From contig CM022674.1 in the NCBI GenBank assembly GCA_012295275.1, positions 13,826,001-13,890,000 of the forward strand: a stretch of 64,000 nt of DNA. The letters are read 5' to 3'. Position numbers and translations under genes: made by a program. Positions 13,307 through 26,902 of the stretch are shown one piece after another. Numbering within the stretch: position 1 is the first letter of the stretch; each line of letters starts with the position of its first letter. This DNA is from Chrysomallon squamiferum (Eukaryota > Animalia > Mollusca). Below the pieces are notes generated by a model. It worked only from the letters and a program-made list of their open reading frames with translations, did no database searches and was not told the DNA's origin.

Positions 13307-15361
13307 ATGGATATTCAAGATGTCTGTTTAGAAAACAGTATTTTACATCTGAACATGGGGAGAGATTTCAAAATTGGGAATGGTTTAATATTTACCCTTC
13401 GTTGTTAATATACATTTATATTAATAATTGCATATTCAAGTTTCTGCATAGTTTAAGTTTACTGTTTTAATCTTGGTGGGATGTTGTTTGTTTTGATAAT
13501 TTTACCCTATTCCAATTCATTAAGATTAACAATTAAACTCGAAAAACTAGTCTTTTTCACTCTTCATATAAACACAATGTAAATTGTTAGACCATTTTCT
13601 GAATCGGATTTATTTAATTTTAATAAGGGTCATGTTATATATTTAATTCTTAATTTATTTTAATATCTACAGATATGAAGAATAGCCAATGAATAAATAA
13701 TTTATGTTCACCTATTGCAAAAATACCAAGTTAGCTACAGCACATTCTTAAAAATCTTTTTTGAGACAGTCTAAACATTACAGAATTTAAAAATACAATA
13801 ATTATATAATAATAAAACTTGCTTTCAAAATGTCTAGTTGCTGTTACCTGTAAATGTCTGTTTAATAAAAATAAGTGCTTTTTTTTTCTTTTTTTCAAAC
13901 AACACTAATTATTAAGGAAAAACAAAATGGCTGACTAGCATCTACTGAATAAAATCTTTAACAATATTTAACATGTCAAGTACAAGATTAATTTAGTTAG
14001 CACCATCATATATATGAAAATAAATGTAAATATTTTTATTATGAATGTTATTGCTGGTAATGTAAAGTTTATTAAAGAACTCGGAGATCTTTTGAGTTTT
14101 TCCTGATCATAAAATTTAATAATTCTGTTTTAGCAGAAAATATTAAAAAGTAATAACACTTTTTAAGAATTTTTCGAAATAACTTTTAAGTGTATATTTT
14201 ATTTTATTCCTCCAAGAAAAATTAAAATTTTTAATGATAATAATTTTAAATTTAATTTTTAGGTTTAAATTTATTTATTTTTTCAGTGTTTACATACAAA
14301 TGACCAGCTAGTGTAAGCATGGCTACAAATATTTCCTAAAAATTAATAAATTAGTAAACAAACTAAAAAAAAAAAAAAAAAAAAAAAATTACATAGTGAG
14401 CATTTTTCATCAATTGGTACTCCATAATATTATTATTTGTTGTTACAAAATGGATTCAAACAGTTTAGCAGATACAGATAAATATACATTGTAGTGTATG
14501 TTCTCAAGCAAGTAAGTGTATGCGCATGTGTATGTGTGTGTGTGATGGTGTGCATGTTTGCATATGTTTGCCAAAAAAATTTGATATTCAGTTTAAAAAA
14601 CAATGATGTATACAGTAAATTGAAAAATGTATATTAGTATATATTTACATATTTAAATTTGTCTCTCAATTTAAACTCATAGTCCCTTCAAGAAGTAATT
14701 ACATTTGAAAAATATTAAATAGAATTGTGAAGAAAGAAACAAAATTTGGTTTGAATGAAATGGGCAAAAATCTGAAAGGAAATGAATAAAATATTTTTAG
14801 AAAAAAAACATGTTAATTTTAACATTAGTATTTTTATTATTATAAAATAAAATGTTAACTTAGTAATTTTATTTTTTAAACAAAATATTTTAAAAATTAA
14901 AAGAGATTCTATTTATTAGACATTAGTTTTTGCAATAAATGATTTACATGATTTCTTTTTTTATGTCAACAAAATCTGTTGCATATAAATTTACAAATAT
15001 AGCTTATAAAAAAGAAAAATGTTTACAAAATAAACAACATATCAAAATTAGAAGAAAAAAAAACTAACAAATTTTGCCATCTGTTAATAAGATTCAAAGA
15101 AACAGAATAAAATTTCTTTTAAATCATAATTTAATAACTTATTTGGGTGTGTATGAGACTGAGGGTAGGGTTTGCTGACAGAAAACATTTACCACTGTGT
15201 GCAACCAGAATCTGAAACTGGATTTAGTTTTTTAAAACTGAGTGGAATGTTAAACTTTATTTTAAAATATTTAAATAGGTCAAATCTGAGTTATTTGTAA
15301 GATGACTCAAAATGCACGCATTCTAAATTGACAGTTGTACCAAAATCTCAGTGAAAGTTTG

Positions 15362-15406
<45 letters not shown>

Positions 15407-18299
15407 TTTATTTTCACGTGAATGGGAGACAGTTGGAAAATACAAATAAAGAGTTTATATTAGATTTCCTATTTTCAAGAAAATGATTATGTTAATTATA
15501 CTGTATCAGGTTGTAGTTATTTTACAAAGACACTGATACTGTTAGTATTAAAATAGGAACATTGTAAAAATACAAAAATACAAAATATAATACTTTCATA
15601 ATTAAAAACATATCAAAATTACCAAATTGTTATTAACATCAAATTCAGACCTCCAATATCTGTATGATTCTTTTTATTTGTGCATTCATTAAACAAATAT
15701 TCTCTCACAAAAAAACTGGTTACATAAATCAAAAACATCAGTACAAACTCTTTTGCCAGAAATACATAATTATTATTTTTCCAAATTTTTGTTTATAATC
15801 GATCCATGACCAATCATTTCCATTACGATAAAGTAAAAACAATTATAAAATAAAAATTCATAATTATGCCTATAAGGATTCAGCTGCTGTTTGTCCCACC
15901 TAGAAAAATTATTTAAGCTTATTATATTTATAATATTATGTGAATTAAAAAGCGAAAAAAAAGATTTTTTTATAGATATATATATTTTTACAAAAGGTCA
16001 TTCTAAACAGCAAAACAAATTTACATATACAAATATTCACATATAAAGCTAAATTTCCATACATAACTTATTCCTCTATTATTTATTTATCAATAAAAAA
16101 TATAATTAGTAAAATTCTCCCATGCAGTATATAATCTGTCATTTTTTTTAAATCACTCTTCAAGAATATTTCTGCAAACAGGTTATGATGTACAGAAATA
16201 GTGTAATGTGTAAAAAGATTTTAAAAATTGACAAAAAATTAATTTCTGTCAAATGGCTTTCAAGTATGGGAAGTATGTATACAGATTTTTATATGTAATA
16301 CATAAAACTCATCTTCATTAATGTGATTTTGAAGATTCAGAAAAAGCATGTATGGAAATATAGCTTAGAAACCTGGCAGGTTGTCATGCAAATGTGATAT
16401 CTTAAATAACGAACTTTAGTGTTTTGAATACTATCAAAACATTTATATGTATTAAAAAAATTAATAAAAACATTTCTTTTTTTACAGGTGTCAGTGTAAC
16501 TAAGTATGTGTGTATCAAACTTAAAATTTACTAATGCTGAAGTCTGGAAATGCATAAATAAAAATGAAAGTCAAATTCCCTTTTCCTGAAATTTTCTACC
16601 CAAAATGCACCTCATTCTGTTCCACATTTTTCAAATGCACTACCCAAAATACAACAAAAACTATTTTAAGGTGTTAATATTAGCTATTCCAAAAAATGAA
16701 AATTTTCTTACACTCATTTCTATCACAGTCTGTTGTCAGTCACATATTCTGAGCATTTGTATTTAAAGCTTCATCAAGTACTGGATGAAAAACAAGTAAA
16801 AATCGTAACTCCCTGACTCTTAGATTTTGCTACATGAATCACAGTGTTAAATGGAAGCCATGTTAACTCAACAGTTATTTTAAAGATTTCATAAAAAATG
16901 TTGATATATATTTGTTTTTTGTGTGTATATAATTTTTCTTGTACTTAAAATATCACACATGTGTATACACACACACACGTGATATTTTATGTACAAGAAA
17001 ATTTGTAAGAAAACTAAATACCTCAAATTTCAAACTCTGCTACATTTTGTCATCTCAAGTGAGCAAACATTTTGCAGTTTTCATTTTTTTTATTTTTATT
17101 TAATACCAAAGTACTATTCTTTATAAAACTAATGAATTTTATACTTTGGCCTAGTTTCTTGTATAAACTAATCAGAGGCTATTTCTGTTTTTAGCAGAAA
17201 ACATGATTATGTCCCTTACAGGAAATCAAAATAAACCAATCATGTTTGACTTAACTCTGCACATATAATTATGACCATATTGCTGCTGCACACAGTTACA
17301 AATTTCAAAATTGTTTCCACCTACATAAATATTTTGCTTCTTCCACTGTGCACAGTATGCAAATTTTCATTATTTATAACAAGTTGTATGATTGGTCCAT
17401 CTTGTCTACAAGGAACCAATGAAATGTGGACACATCTGTGTCTGTTAAATACAGGAAGTTAGGCCATGGTATAAAAAGCAATACCTATATGGAATGAAAT
17501 CATGTAGATATTTACAGCAAAGAATAATAATAAAAATTAAAAAAACATACAATAAATTGGTATAAAAAAGAAGTTGAAGACAAAATTACCAAATCTTTCA
17601 GATTCATTTAAGTACTGAGAAAATACTGTTATAGATAAAAAAAAAAAAAAAAGTATTTATCTGTAGTAATACTAGATCATAAAACTTTTAAATAACAGAG
17701 GAAGTAAGTAAATAAATATCTTTTAAAAAATGATGTTAGACAGACAGATATAGATTGATAGAGAGGTTTACAAACAGATATAGATGCATACACATAGAGA
17801 ATTAGGTAGAACAATTACATAAAAAGAATGCAACTTTCATCAGTATCATGAGTTTTTAGCAATCATTTTAAAAGGTATAAATAAAATTAAATAAAAGCAA
17901 AATTACTATATCTATTAGTCTTTGTTGCTTTTTTTGTAAGAAAGAGCTGCCTTTGATTTTTTACAATACTGTCTTACTTTATTATTAAGAAAGATTAAGT
18001 ACAAGTTCAAATAATATAAAAAGGTTTGAAATGCACAGAAAAATAAAATGCAGAAAGTATTTTATATGTATTTTTATATCCTACCAAAGACTCACTGAAA
18101 GAAGGAGAAAAATAAATTTACTGCTTGGACAGGTACAAATATGAATATAAGTTTTTTTCTATGATAACGTATATTGATATAACCTGCTGGTTTCTATGAC
18201 AACAAATACAGTTAACAAGAAACAAACAAAGTCATCTCTTGGAAGTACACAAAATATGTATGGGTTGTATCTTCAAACCTTTGCAGACACATGGAATTA

Positions 18300-18745
18300 T
18301 AACAGCATTCAGGTAGTTACAGTAACAAGTAATGACAAATGTACGGGTTGTAACGTTGTACAGAAAGTAATGGTGTACAAGTAATATTATTGTACAGTGA
18401 ATGATACTGTAATATCATACAGTGTTAACACTGTATTGGTGATAAAATATTGTACTGTACAGAACAGAAGTACTATTGTACAATGAATCATACTGCACAA
18501 GTACAGGAAGTAATAAACAGGTAATTAAAAAAAAAGTATGGGTGATAACTCTGTTCAGAAAATAACAGTGTACAAATATCAGAATTGTACAATGAATGAT
18601 GCTGGACAAGTAGTAAAATACTGGTGATAACAGTGTATGGCTGATAACACTGTACAGAAAGCAATAGTTGTTCATATCATACAAATATATCAATGTACAT
18701 ATCAGTATAACATACTGGTAATAATATTACAAGAAGTAGTACAGT
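18300..18745. repeat. Highly degenerate ~30-nt tandem repeat downstream of the EFHD stop codon
   Basis: Recurrent TACTGTACAGAA / GTACAATGAATGATACTG / ATACTGGTGATAA motifs. Confidence 0.5.
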
Positions 18746-18949
18746 AATTTATATTTAGTTCAAATTAAACATCTGAGCTTTCTCTTTGAGTGTTCGTTAT
18801 TTTTACCTGTATTTATACAACATAATTACAGGTAAAAACAGTCAATGATTTTGTTCCACTTATATATTTGATATTTTTTTTTTGAAAAATCACTGTTATT
18901 ATGTGTATAATATAATTACAGGTAAAAAAAAAATGACCCCAGGTGATAT

Positions 18950-21900
18950 TTAATTCTGATTAAACATCTGAGCCTTTTCTTTGAAGGCTTTTTTCCTTAG
19001 TTTGGCTTCTTCAGCTTGTTTTTTTCTCTCTTCCTGCTCCTGGCGGATTTCATCCTCAAACTTGCTACTCTGTGCTACAGACTCAATCTAAATAAATGAG
19101 TAGAACAAAGTAATGTATGAATAAATAAACAAAATAAATTAATTAATTTAAGACAAATGCATGAATAGAATCAATTGATGCACAAATGAATGAATCAATT
19201 TATGAATATATAATAATAATTTAATTAATTAATGAGTAAAAATGAATAGAATTAAGAGAATAAATTAACAAATAAGCAGAATGGAATGACTAAATAAAAA
19301 AATAAAAAGTTTAGTATATTTTAATTGTAATCAAATATCAGGTGTATATATTCAATGATTAAAGGAGAAGTCAAAATATTTCATACGTTGCAAATCACAG
19401 CAAGTATAAAAATATATTTTTTATTTCCTGAAGGATGATGATTTAAAATATGGCTGTTTAATGATTATTATTTTCTGTTTTACATTTCACTTGCAATATA
19501 ATGAAATATTAATAATAATAATTAATTAATCTCAGTTTTACATCGGTTTATTTTAATATAAAAAGTCATTAAAAGCCAAACATGTTATAATAAAAAATAA
19601 TTTCAAATGAGATTAGGATGTATTATTGGTTTTTTGACATCTTTTGGGGAATTATTTAATAATAATGTCTATAAATTTTAAGTTATGCCTTTTTCCTTGC
19701 ATAATGGCCATATAAAAGTTGAATAAATTAAAGCTCAATAACTTTTCGTTGAATTTTAATATTAACATTTATTTCATGTCAAAATTTCATGATGATGTCT
19801 GAGAGTAAACCAGATGCTGCTGTAAATTATTCTTATAAATCAGCAGTAAGAGATTTTTCACATGCACCTACCCATAGACAGAAAAGCATATATCACAGTG
19901 TTTGATATCCAAGTTGTAGGAGAATGGCGAATTAGCCCAAATTATATACTAAAGAAGATGATTTTCTCATCTATTAAATTTCAGGCTAGTATTTTAAACA
20001 GTGGGCTTATATACATTTTAAAATGTTGTGTTAGTGCAGATTAAATCAATTAGAATAGACATTTTGGTTTTACCTTAGCCTGAAAGAAGTTAGCAGCTCC
20101 TTTAACCCCCTCCACATCGACGTCAATCTCTGTCATTCTCTGATACAGCTCATACAGTCCTCCATCTTTGTCCAGTTCCCCTGCAGCTGCCTTCCTGAAT
20201 ATCAGCAGAAACTGCGAATAAATTAAAATAAAATAAAATAAAATAAAATATAATAAAGTAAAATAAAATAAAATAAAATAAAGTAAAATAAAATAAAATA
20301 AAATAAAATAAGAAATAAAGAAATATAAAATAAATAAAAATAAAAAAAGAAACTGAATGCCATTTATGTGCTTTTCTCTATTGCAATCTCTTTTTTTGTG
20401 TATGAGTATATATCATGCATGTGTGTATTTGTGTGTACCTGTGTGGTTTGAATATGTTATTTAAGGTCACCAAAAATGTTTTATTACCTACAGATTCAGT
20501 TAGTTTAAGTAAGGTTTCTACATAATGAAATATTTTATTTTTTGTTTAATTTTCAACGTATTATATGCATACATACACACACATATATATATAATTTCAT
20601 TCTAATTTTTTTTTACTGATTCTTTAATGTTATTTTATTTTCAGTTATATATTGATATATAATAATTTTTTTACATTTTCTACAACTTCATCATCAAGAT
20701 TCATTTTACAACGCTTTCTTCTGTATTATATATAATTTTATTTTATTTCTACAAACCTCTCTGAAGATAATTTTATATTAATGGTTCATTTATGTCATTT
20801 TATTTCCTAACATTTATTTTATTTGACAAACTTCTCTAAAATTAATGATTTATTAATGTTTGATTCACATTATTTTATTTGTTAAAATATGATTTATTAT
20901 TTTATTTCAACAAACTTTTCCAAAGATAATTTTATGTTAATGGTTCATATTCATTATTTTATTTCCTAAAATTTACATATATAATTTTTATTTAATTTCC
21001 TAATATTTACGAGTTATGATTTTATTTACTTATATTTACAATTTATAATTTTATTTTATTTCTGCAAACCTCTCTGAAGTTAATTTTATCGTCATGGTCC
21101 TCGTCCACTTCTTTGATCATGGCTTTCAGTGCAAGATGTGTCTGCGCAGCCCCCAGCTTCTCCATCATCAGCTTCAGTTCATAGAAGTCTATAAACTTGT
21201 CTTTACCTATGTCATATCTAACAGACAGAAAAATAACATATATATAAACTTGTCTTTACCTATGTCATATCTAACAAACAGAAAAAAACAAATATATATA
21301 AACTTGTCTTTACCTATGTCATATCTAACAAACAGAAAAATAACATATATATAAACTTGTCTTTACCTGTCATATCTAACAAACAGAAAAATAACATATA
21401 TATAAACTTGTCTTTACCTATGTCATATCTAACAAACAGAAAAAAACCATATATACATACATATATATATATATATAAACTTGTCTTTACCTATGTCATA
21501 TCTAACTAACAGAAAAAAAACATGTTTATATATATATATATATAAACTTGTCTTTACCTATGTCATATCTAACAAACAGAAAAAAAAAAACATGTTTATA
21601 TATATATATATATATTCTTATTTTTTATTTTTTATACACACATGCATATACATATACACATACTTATGCACACACACACACACACACACAAATATATATC
21701 AAATTAAGTATAAATATAAATATATCATAAATTGTGATCAGATGACACATATTTTATTTCACAGTAGAATAAAACAGAAGCATATTTAAGAGAACATTTT
21801 TAAACAAAATATAATTAAAAATACATCCATATATGTTACTTTTCACATATGTTTTCATAATCATTAACTGTATTAGATGTATTGTTCTTATCAAAAGATG

Positions 21901-22340
21901 AGTTTACATCTGTGTGTGTGTATTTTATATATACAGTGTTATATTAGGTTAAAAAAATAATAATATAAAAAAATGTTGTTGTTGTTGCTGTTGCTGCTGC
22001 TGCATTTCATCACTTTCAAGTTTATTTTAAGATTGATTCCAAAAAGGCAGTTTAATTATAACAACTATTAATCTGTCTGGAGGCATATTTTTTTCTTTAT
22101 GGTAATGTCTGATTTTATTTGGAGAAGATTTTAAGTTATAAAAGCAAATGTTATGTCAACTTTTTAAAATAATAATAATAATAAAAATAATGATGATGAT
22201 AATAATAATGATAATAATAATAATAATAATCATCATCATCATCATCATCATCATCATTATTATTATTATTTAACAACATGTGGCATAGCTTAATCTCTGA
22301 TAAACAATACAAAAGCATCAATTTTCAGAATGGCATGTAC

Positions 22341-22376
<36 letters not shown>

Positions 22377-23371
22377 CCCTTTCCCACTTGTGCTATTTTG
22401 TCAACATTTATTTTTAGAACTATTTATAAAGCTATCATTAACACAATTTTCTGGTTCTATTTAAATCTCAAAATACATTTTGGCTGGCTGTTTATCTAAA
22501 GCTAATTTTCAAAGTCAGTGATATGATTAAAAACAACTGGCATCCAAGTTAAAAATACTATAATGGTATTTTTAAATGGCAAAGACTGCTATTTCCTTCT
22601 TCTTTTAAAAAATAAAAAATAAAAAGATACATTCCAAAAGTAATTCTTACTTGATTAATATAAATGTCTCCATTTGAAAACAAAATTTTATTGAGAACAG
22701 AAGTATGACAGCAGTTTGTAAGATAATTTATTAAATATATTTTAAATATACATAATAAAAAAAATATTATTAAATTTTATATTATAATAATTATGATAAT
22801 GATGATGACGATAACAGTAACAGTAACAGTAATAATAATAATTAGAAGAAGAATACTGACAATAATGAAAATGATAATTATATATATATATATAGTTCTT
22901 TCTTGATGTAAATAACCAGTAACAACAACAACTAAAATGTAACAACAATTGAATAACAATAAATGCATCAAGAACAACAACACTAAGAATAAAAACAGCA
23001 ACAGCAATAACAGCTATAACAATAAGATAGGTAATAAATTTGCATGACATTTTCCTGTTTCATGGTGTAGTACAATTTTATCTGGATGTCACATCTGACT
23101 GACATATCAGCAAATAATATAAAATTATGGTTAACTGACCTAGTTACAACTAAAAGTTAAATGTAAAAAAAAAAAAAAAAAAAAGTAAAAAAAAAAGATC
23201 ATTTTGCTTCAGGAAAACAATCTCCCATGCTTTTTTCCACTTCAGTAACTTTATGAATAATGAATTAATAAAACAAAAAGTTAAAAAAAATAAAAATAAA
23301 AAAGTAGAATTATAAATGAAAATTTCTACAACAGTTTCATATTTAGGATATAATATTGTTACATTAGGATT

Positions 23372-23402
<31 letters not shown>

Positions 23403-23433
23403 ATAATAATAATAATAATAAATAATAAAATAA

Positions 23434-23479
<46 letters not shown>

Positions 23480-23589
23480 TTAAGAGTGGGATGAAAATCA
23501 AAAAGTTTGCAATTAAATCATTTATCTGTTAATTAAGTTCTTAGAATGTGTATGATTATCTATCTCTGTGTATGAAGGACTTATATAGC

Positions 23590-23642
<53 letters not shown>

Positions 23643-25805
23643 CTCTGCATGTAAATGTACATGTAATTTAGTAAGGATGACAATGCTTGAGTAGGTGTTT
23701 CATCTACAAATTATGTGTGTGTGTGTCATCAAATTCTGAGGATTGTTAAAACGTTAGCAAAGACATGAAAAAGGAAAGGAGTGGACAAGAAATCCTACAA
23801 CTCATCCTGCTAGTGACTAAGATTAGAAAAAACAAAACAAAACATATATTAATAAATCAAACTAATAATAATAATAATAATAATAAAAATTTTAAAAAGT
23901 AAAAAGTAAACATACTATAACAACAACAACAAACAATAATAATAATAATATTCTATTACTACTACTACTACTACTATTATTACTACTACTACTACTACTA
24001 CCACTACCACTACCACTACAACTACTACTACTACTAATGATAATAATAATAATAATAATAATAATAATGTTAACTTATCTGCCTCTGGCCATTGCACTAC
24101 ACTTTATTATTTTTCTAATTTAAAATGCATATAAATGTGTGTTTTTTTATAATTGTAACATTTGTATCACTTTGATGCCTCTGGGGTTTAGCACCCTGAG
24201 GTAACAATTTCTTCTTATCATCCCAACACCATAGTACAAAACTGTTACATGTAGCAAACCCAGGTACGTGAGACTGAAGTAGTTTGAATGTCTTAATAAT
24301 CTTATCTATCATCATTTGTCTTTCTGAGAAGATTGATCACCAAACATTCTGACACATACTAACTGCATTGACATCTATGACATGTTAATTAATGCCAAAC
24401 ATTTTTAACAACAGATTTACTGATTTTGTTAAATATTATATGCAACAAACTGAGGTTAGATTGGGTGATAAAAGTCTCAGAGGACCATGGTGTTATCTTC
24501 AGACTTCCTGTTGTTCTTACTGTTGCAGTGTTGTTGATTTTTTTTTTTTAAATATATTTTGTTTTATGTTAAATAAATAAAGTTAAGAGCTGAAGCTAAA
24601 GCTTGATACTGATATGTTGCAAGATCAGTTCTGTTCATAGAGCTTTTTTCCCATTCCAACTCAAGTATAGTACAATTGTTAATGTTTATCAAAAGATTTT
24701 GTATGTGTGTGGTTTATTTTATTTCTTGTTTTGGGGGTTTTTTTTGGTAAATAATAATAAATGATTTTTTATATGTATAGCAAAGTTGCTTGTGATAAAG
24801 TATATGTTTGTAAAAAAAACAAAAAAGACCTTTCATGTCAAGGTTATATGACAGTACTGTTAGCAATAATATATAGACATACTATAGTCTTTTTCTTTCT
24901 TTCATCTGCTGCTTATTTTTCTTTCATTCATGTGTACAAACAAAAAAGAAATATAATTAGTGAAAGAAATGTAATTGTGGTCTAGTTGCATTGCAAAATA
25001 AATGATAAGCAATGAAACAAAATTAATTTGTAATGTTGGAGTTTAGGTCTACCATTTGTTAGCAGATATTTCAGTTATGCTGATAAGTCTGGTACAATAA
25101 AGTCATATAAAAACTGTTTAAGTGCATAAGTAGTGACAGTCATGAACACCATTTAGAAGGTTTTAAAAAAAAAAAAAAAAAAAACAGAAAATAAAATTAA
25201 AATAAATTCTTGTATCTGAAAAAAGTTTAATATACAATATTGATCAATTTCAGAAAAATTATTTTTATTACATTATACTTATATAATTTTATTTCGTTTT
25301 CTAAACAAAACTGACTGAAAGTAAAAAGCCACAATTAATTAATATTATCCTGTTGGGATATGAAACAACTGCAACATTTACAAGAAATTATCCAGAAAAC
25401 CTAAAACCTAAAAAAAAATAAAATAAAATAAAATAAAATAAAAAAAATATATATATAAAGAGGGGAAATATGTAAATAGACAATAGTTTCGTAAGAATTC
25501 CCTTTTATAAAATATTTTCTGTTTACAAATTAAAATCTGATTTTATAATTCCACATTACAAAAATTCTCTTAAATTAATTTCAACCCAAAATGAACCTCA
25601 AATCACAAAAAGGAAGAGAATTAGTCAATTACAAAGTGACTTACTTGTTGAACGTTTTCTGAAAATCTTGTATCTGTTTTCTACTAAATTCTTTAAATTC
25701 GGTATACGGATTCCATACCATCGATGAAGGAACAACTCCTTCTTCATTGCCTTCGTTGATCCTATCTCTTCTTTCCAATTTTTTAGCTAATTCTTCCGTA
25801 GCCAT
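18950..25805 (-). CDS. EFHD2: EF-hand domain-containing protein D (swiprosin, EFHD1/EFHD2 co-ortholog), 4 exons, ~194 aa
   Basis: Exons 25805-25645, 21217-21070, 20211-20074, 19087-18950 (585 nt, GT-AG): MATEELAKKLERR...WNPYTEFKEFSRKQIQDFQKTFNK/YDIGKDKFIDFYELKLMMEKLGAAQTHLALKAMIKEVDEDHDDKINFRE/FLLIFRKAAAGELDKDGGL...EIDVDVEGVKGAANFFQAK/IESVAQSSKFEDEIRQEQEERKKQAEEAKLRKKAFKEKAQMFNQN*. Hallmark swiprosin sequence. Confidence 0.96.
19836..19920 (-). mobile_element. Degenerate SINE-like fragment
   Basis: TCAGCAGTAAGAGATTTTTCACATGCACCTACCCATAGACAG matches the reverse complement of the SINE core at ~47200-47240; similar fragments at ~9478-9540, ~38461-38520 and ~58014-58100. Confidence 0.5.
21190..21600 (-). 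repeat. Seven tandem copies of the EFHD intron 1/exon 2 acceptor junction
   Basis: ATAAACTTGTCTTTACCTATGTCATATCTAACANACAGAAAAA occurs at ~21191 (true exon boundary), 21244, 21298, 21351, 21402, 21475 and 21542, separated by (TA)n-rich linkers. Confidence 0.93.
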
Positions 25806-26121
25806 ATCGGCTCGCTGGCTCTGTCAAACTTTAATTAAGGAGGAAGTTATTACGAGAAAACAGCTTCCGGGTCGAGGGCCAGCGTTATGACCAGAACAAA
25901 CAAGTGCGAATGTATAGTGTGACAGGATCTGATCATATGATAAATAAGGAAAATAATTTTATTATGACGATAAAAATCTCTGGAAATTATTATTTTCCAA
26001 TTTTGTTTCGGACTTTTTGTGGGGGCTTTTTGTTTTTGTTTTTTTAATGCTAATCCATCCCAAACACCATTCCAAAATAAAACAAATAAAATATATATAT
26101 ATTTTTTTTTTTTTTTTACCC

Positions 26122-26173
<52 letters not shown>

Positions 26174-26833
26174 GGTTTGTACGTTTTTTTAAGAGGAAGA
26201 GATAGCGATGATTACCATACTCATTTCGACAGTCTTCTTGTGTTAACAAAAAGCCCGCTTAATCAGTTAACTGTAATATTATACGATAACTATTTGTATC
26301 TGTAATAACACAAGAGTTTTATAACAAGCGCAATTATATGTTGTGATAGTTTCAAATTCCATTAGATTCGGAAATACCAATAAATCGTTCACTGATTATT
26401 ATAGTAAACTGTTCTGATATTTAATGGAGGTTACCCATAGTAATATACATTGTGTTATAAGAGTGAAATAAATTGCAATCATATCGATTTTCTGTCAACT
26501 GTTTTATTCTCTTTTCTTGTAAACAGTAATTAGAAATGTTGTTTTATGTACTAAATAAAGAAAAATGTCAAACTATTTTGCATGATATGGCAATTAAACA
26601 CTAAAATGAGATGCCGAGCAATTAAAAACTGATATATTTAGAGCTTTTAATAATTATTATAAAATAGCATTTTATTTCCTTACACTATAACCAACAGAAA
26701 TATGACAGAAAGGCCCCATAAAATTGATTTATAAATGTATCTGTAAATGGCATAGTGTTCTTTCGTATAAAATTAAATAATTTACAAGTATAAAAACACA
26801 ACTCTTCCATTAACGCCGACCCGTCCAGCTTTT

Positions 26834-26886
26834 TGACGTTGACCGGATGTGGAGTTTCTTTCACGTCCGCCCTCGGCTTATATAAG
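26834..26886 (+). promoter_or_regulatory. Compact Pol II-type core promoter: half-CRE, ETS site, GC box, TATA box
   Basis: TGACGT 26834-26839, CCGGATGT 26843-26850, CCGCCC 26867-26872, TATATAAG 26879-26886, pyrimidine-rich TTTTCC initiator-like tract ~20-25 nt downstream. Confidence 0.65.
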
Positions 26887-26902
26887 CAGGCACTGAAAAT
26901 TT

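Noticed and set aside
21190-21600. CRISPR-like array (constant ~43-nt repeat with variable gaps)
   Set aside because: Gaps are (TA)n/poly-A slippage rather than unique spacers, the repeat is a copy of a eukaryotic splice junction, and there are no cas genes.
24115-24315. 66-aa minus-strand ORF in EFHD intron 1
   Set aside because: No similarity to known proteins and no compatible splice signals.
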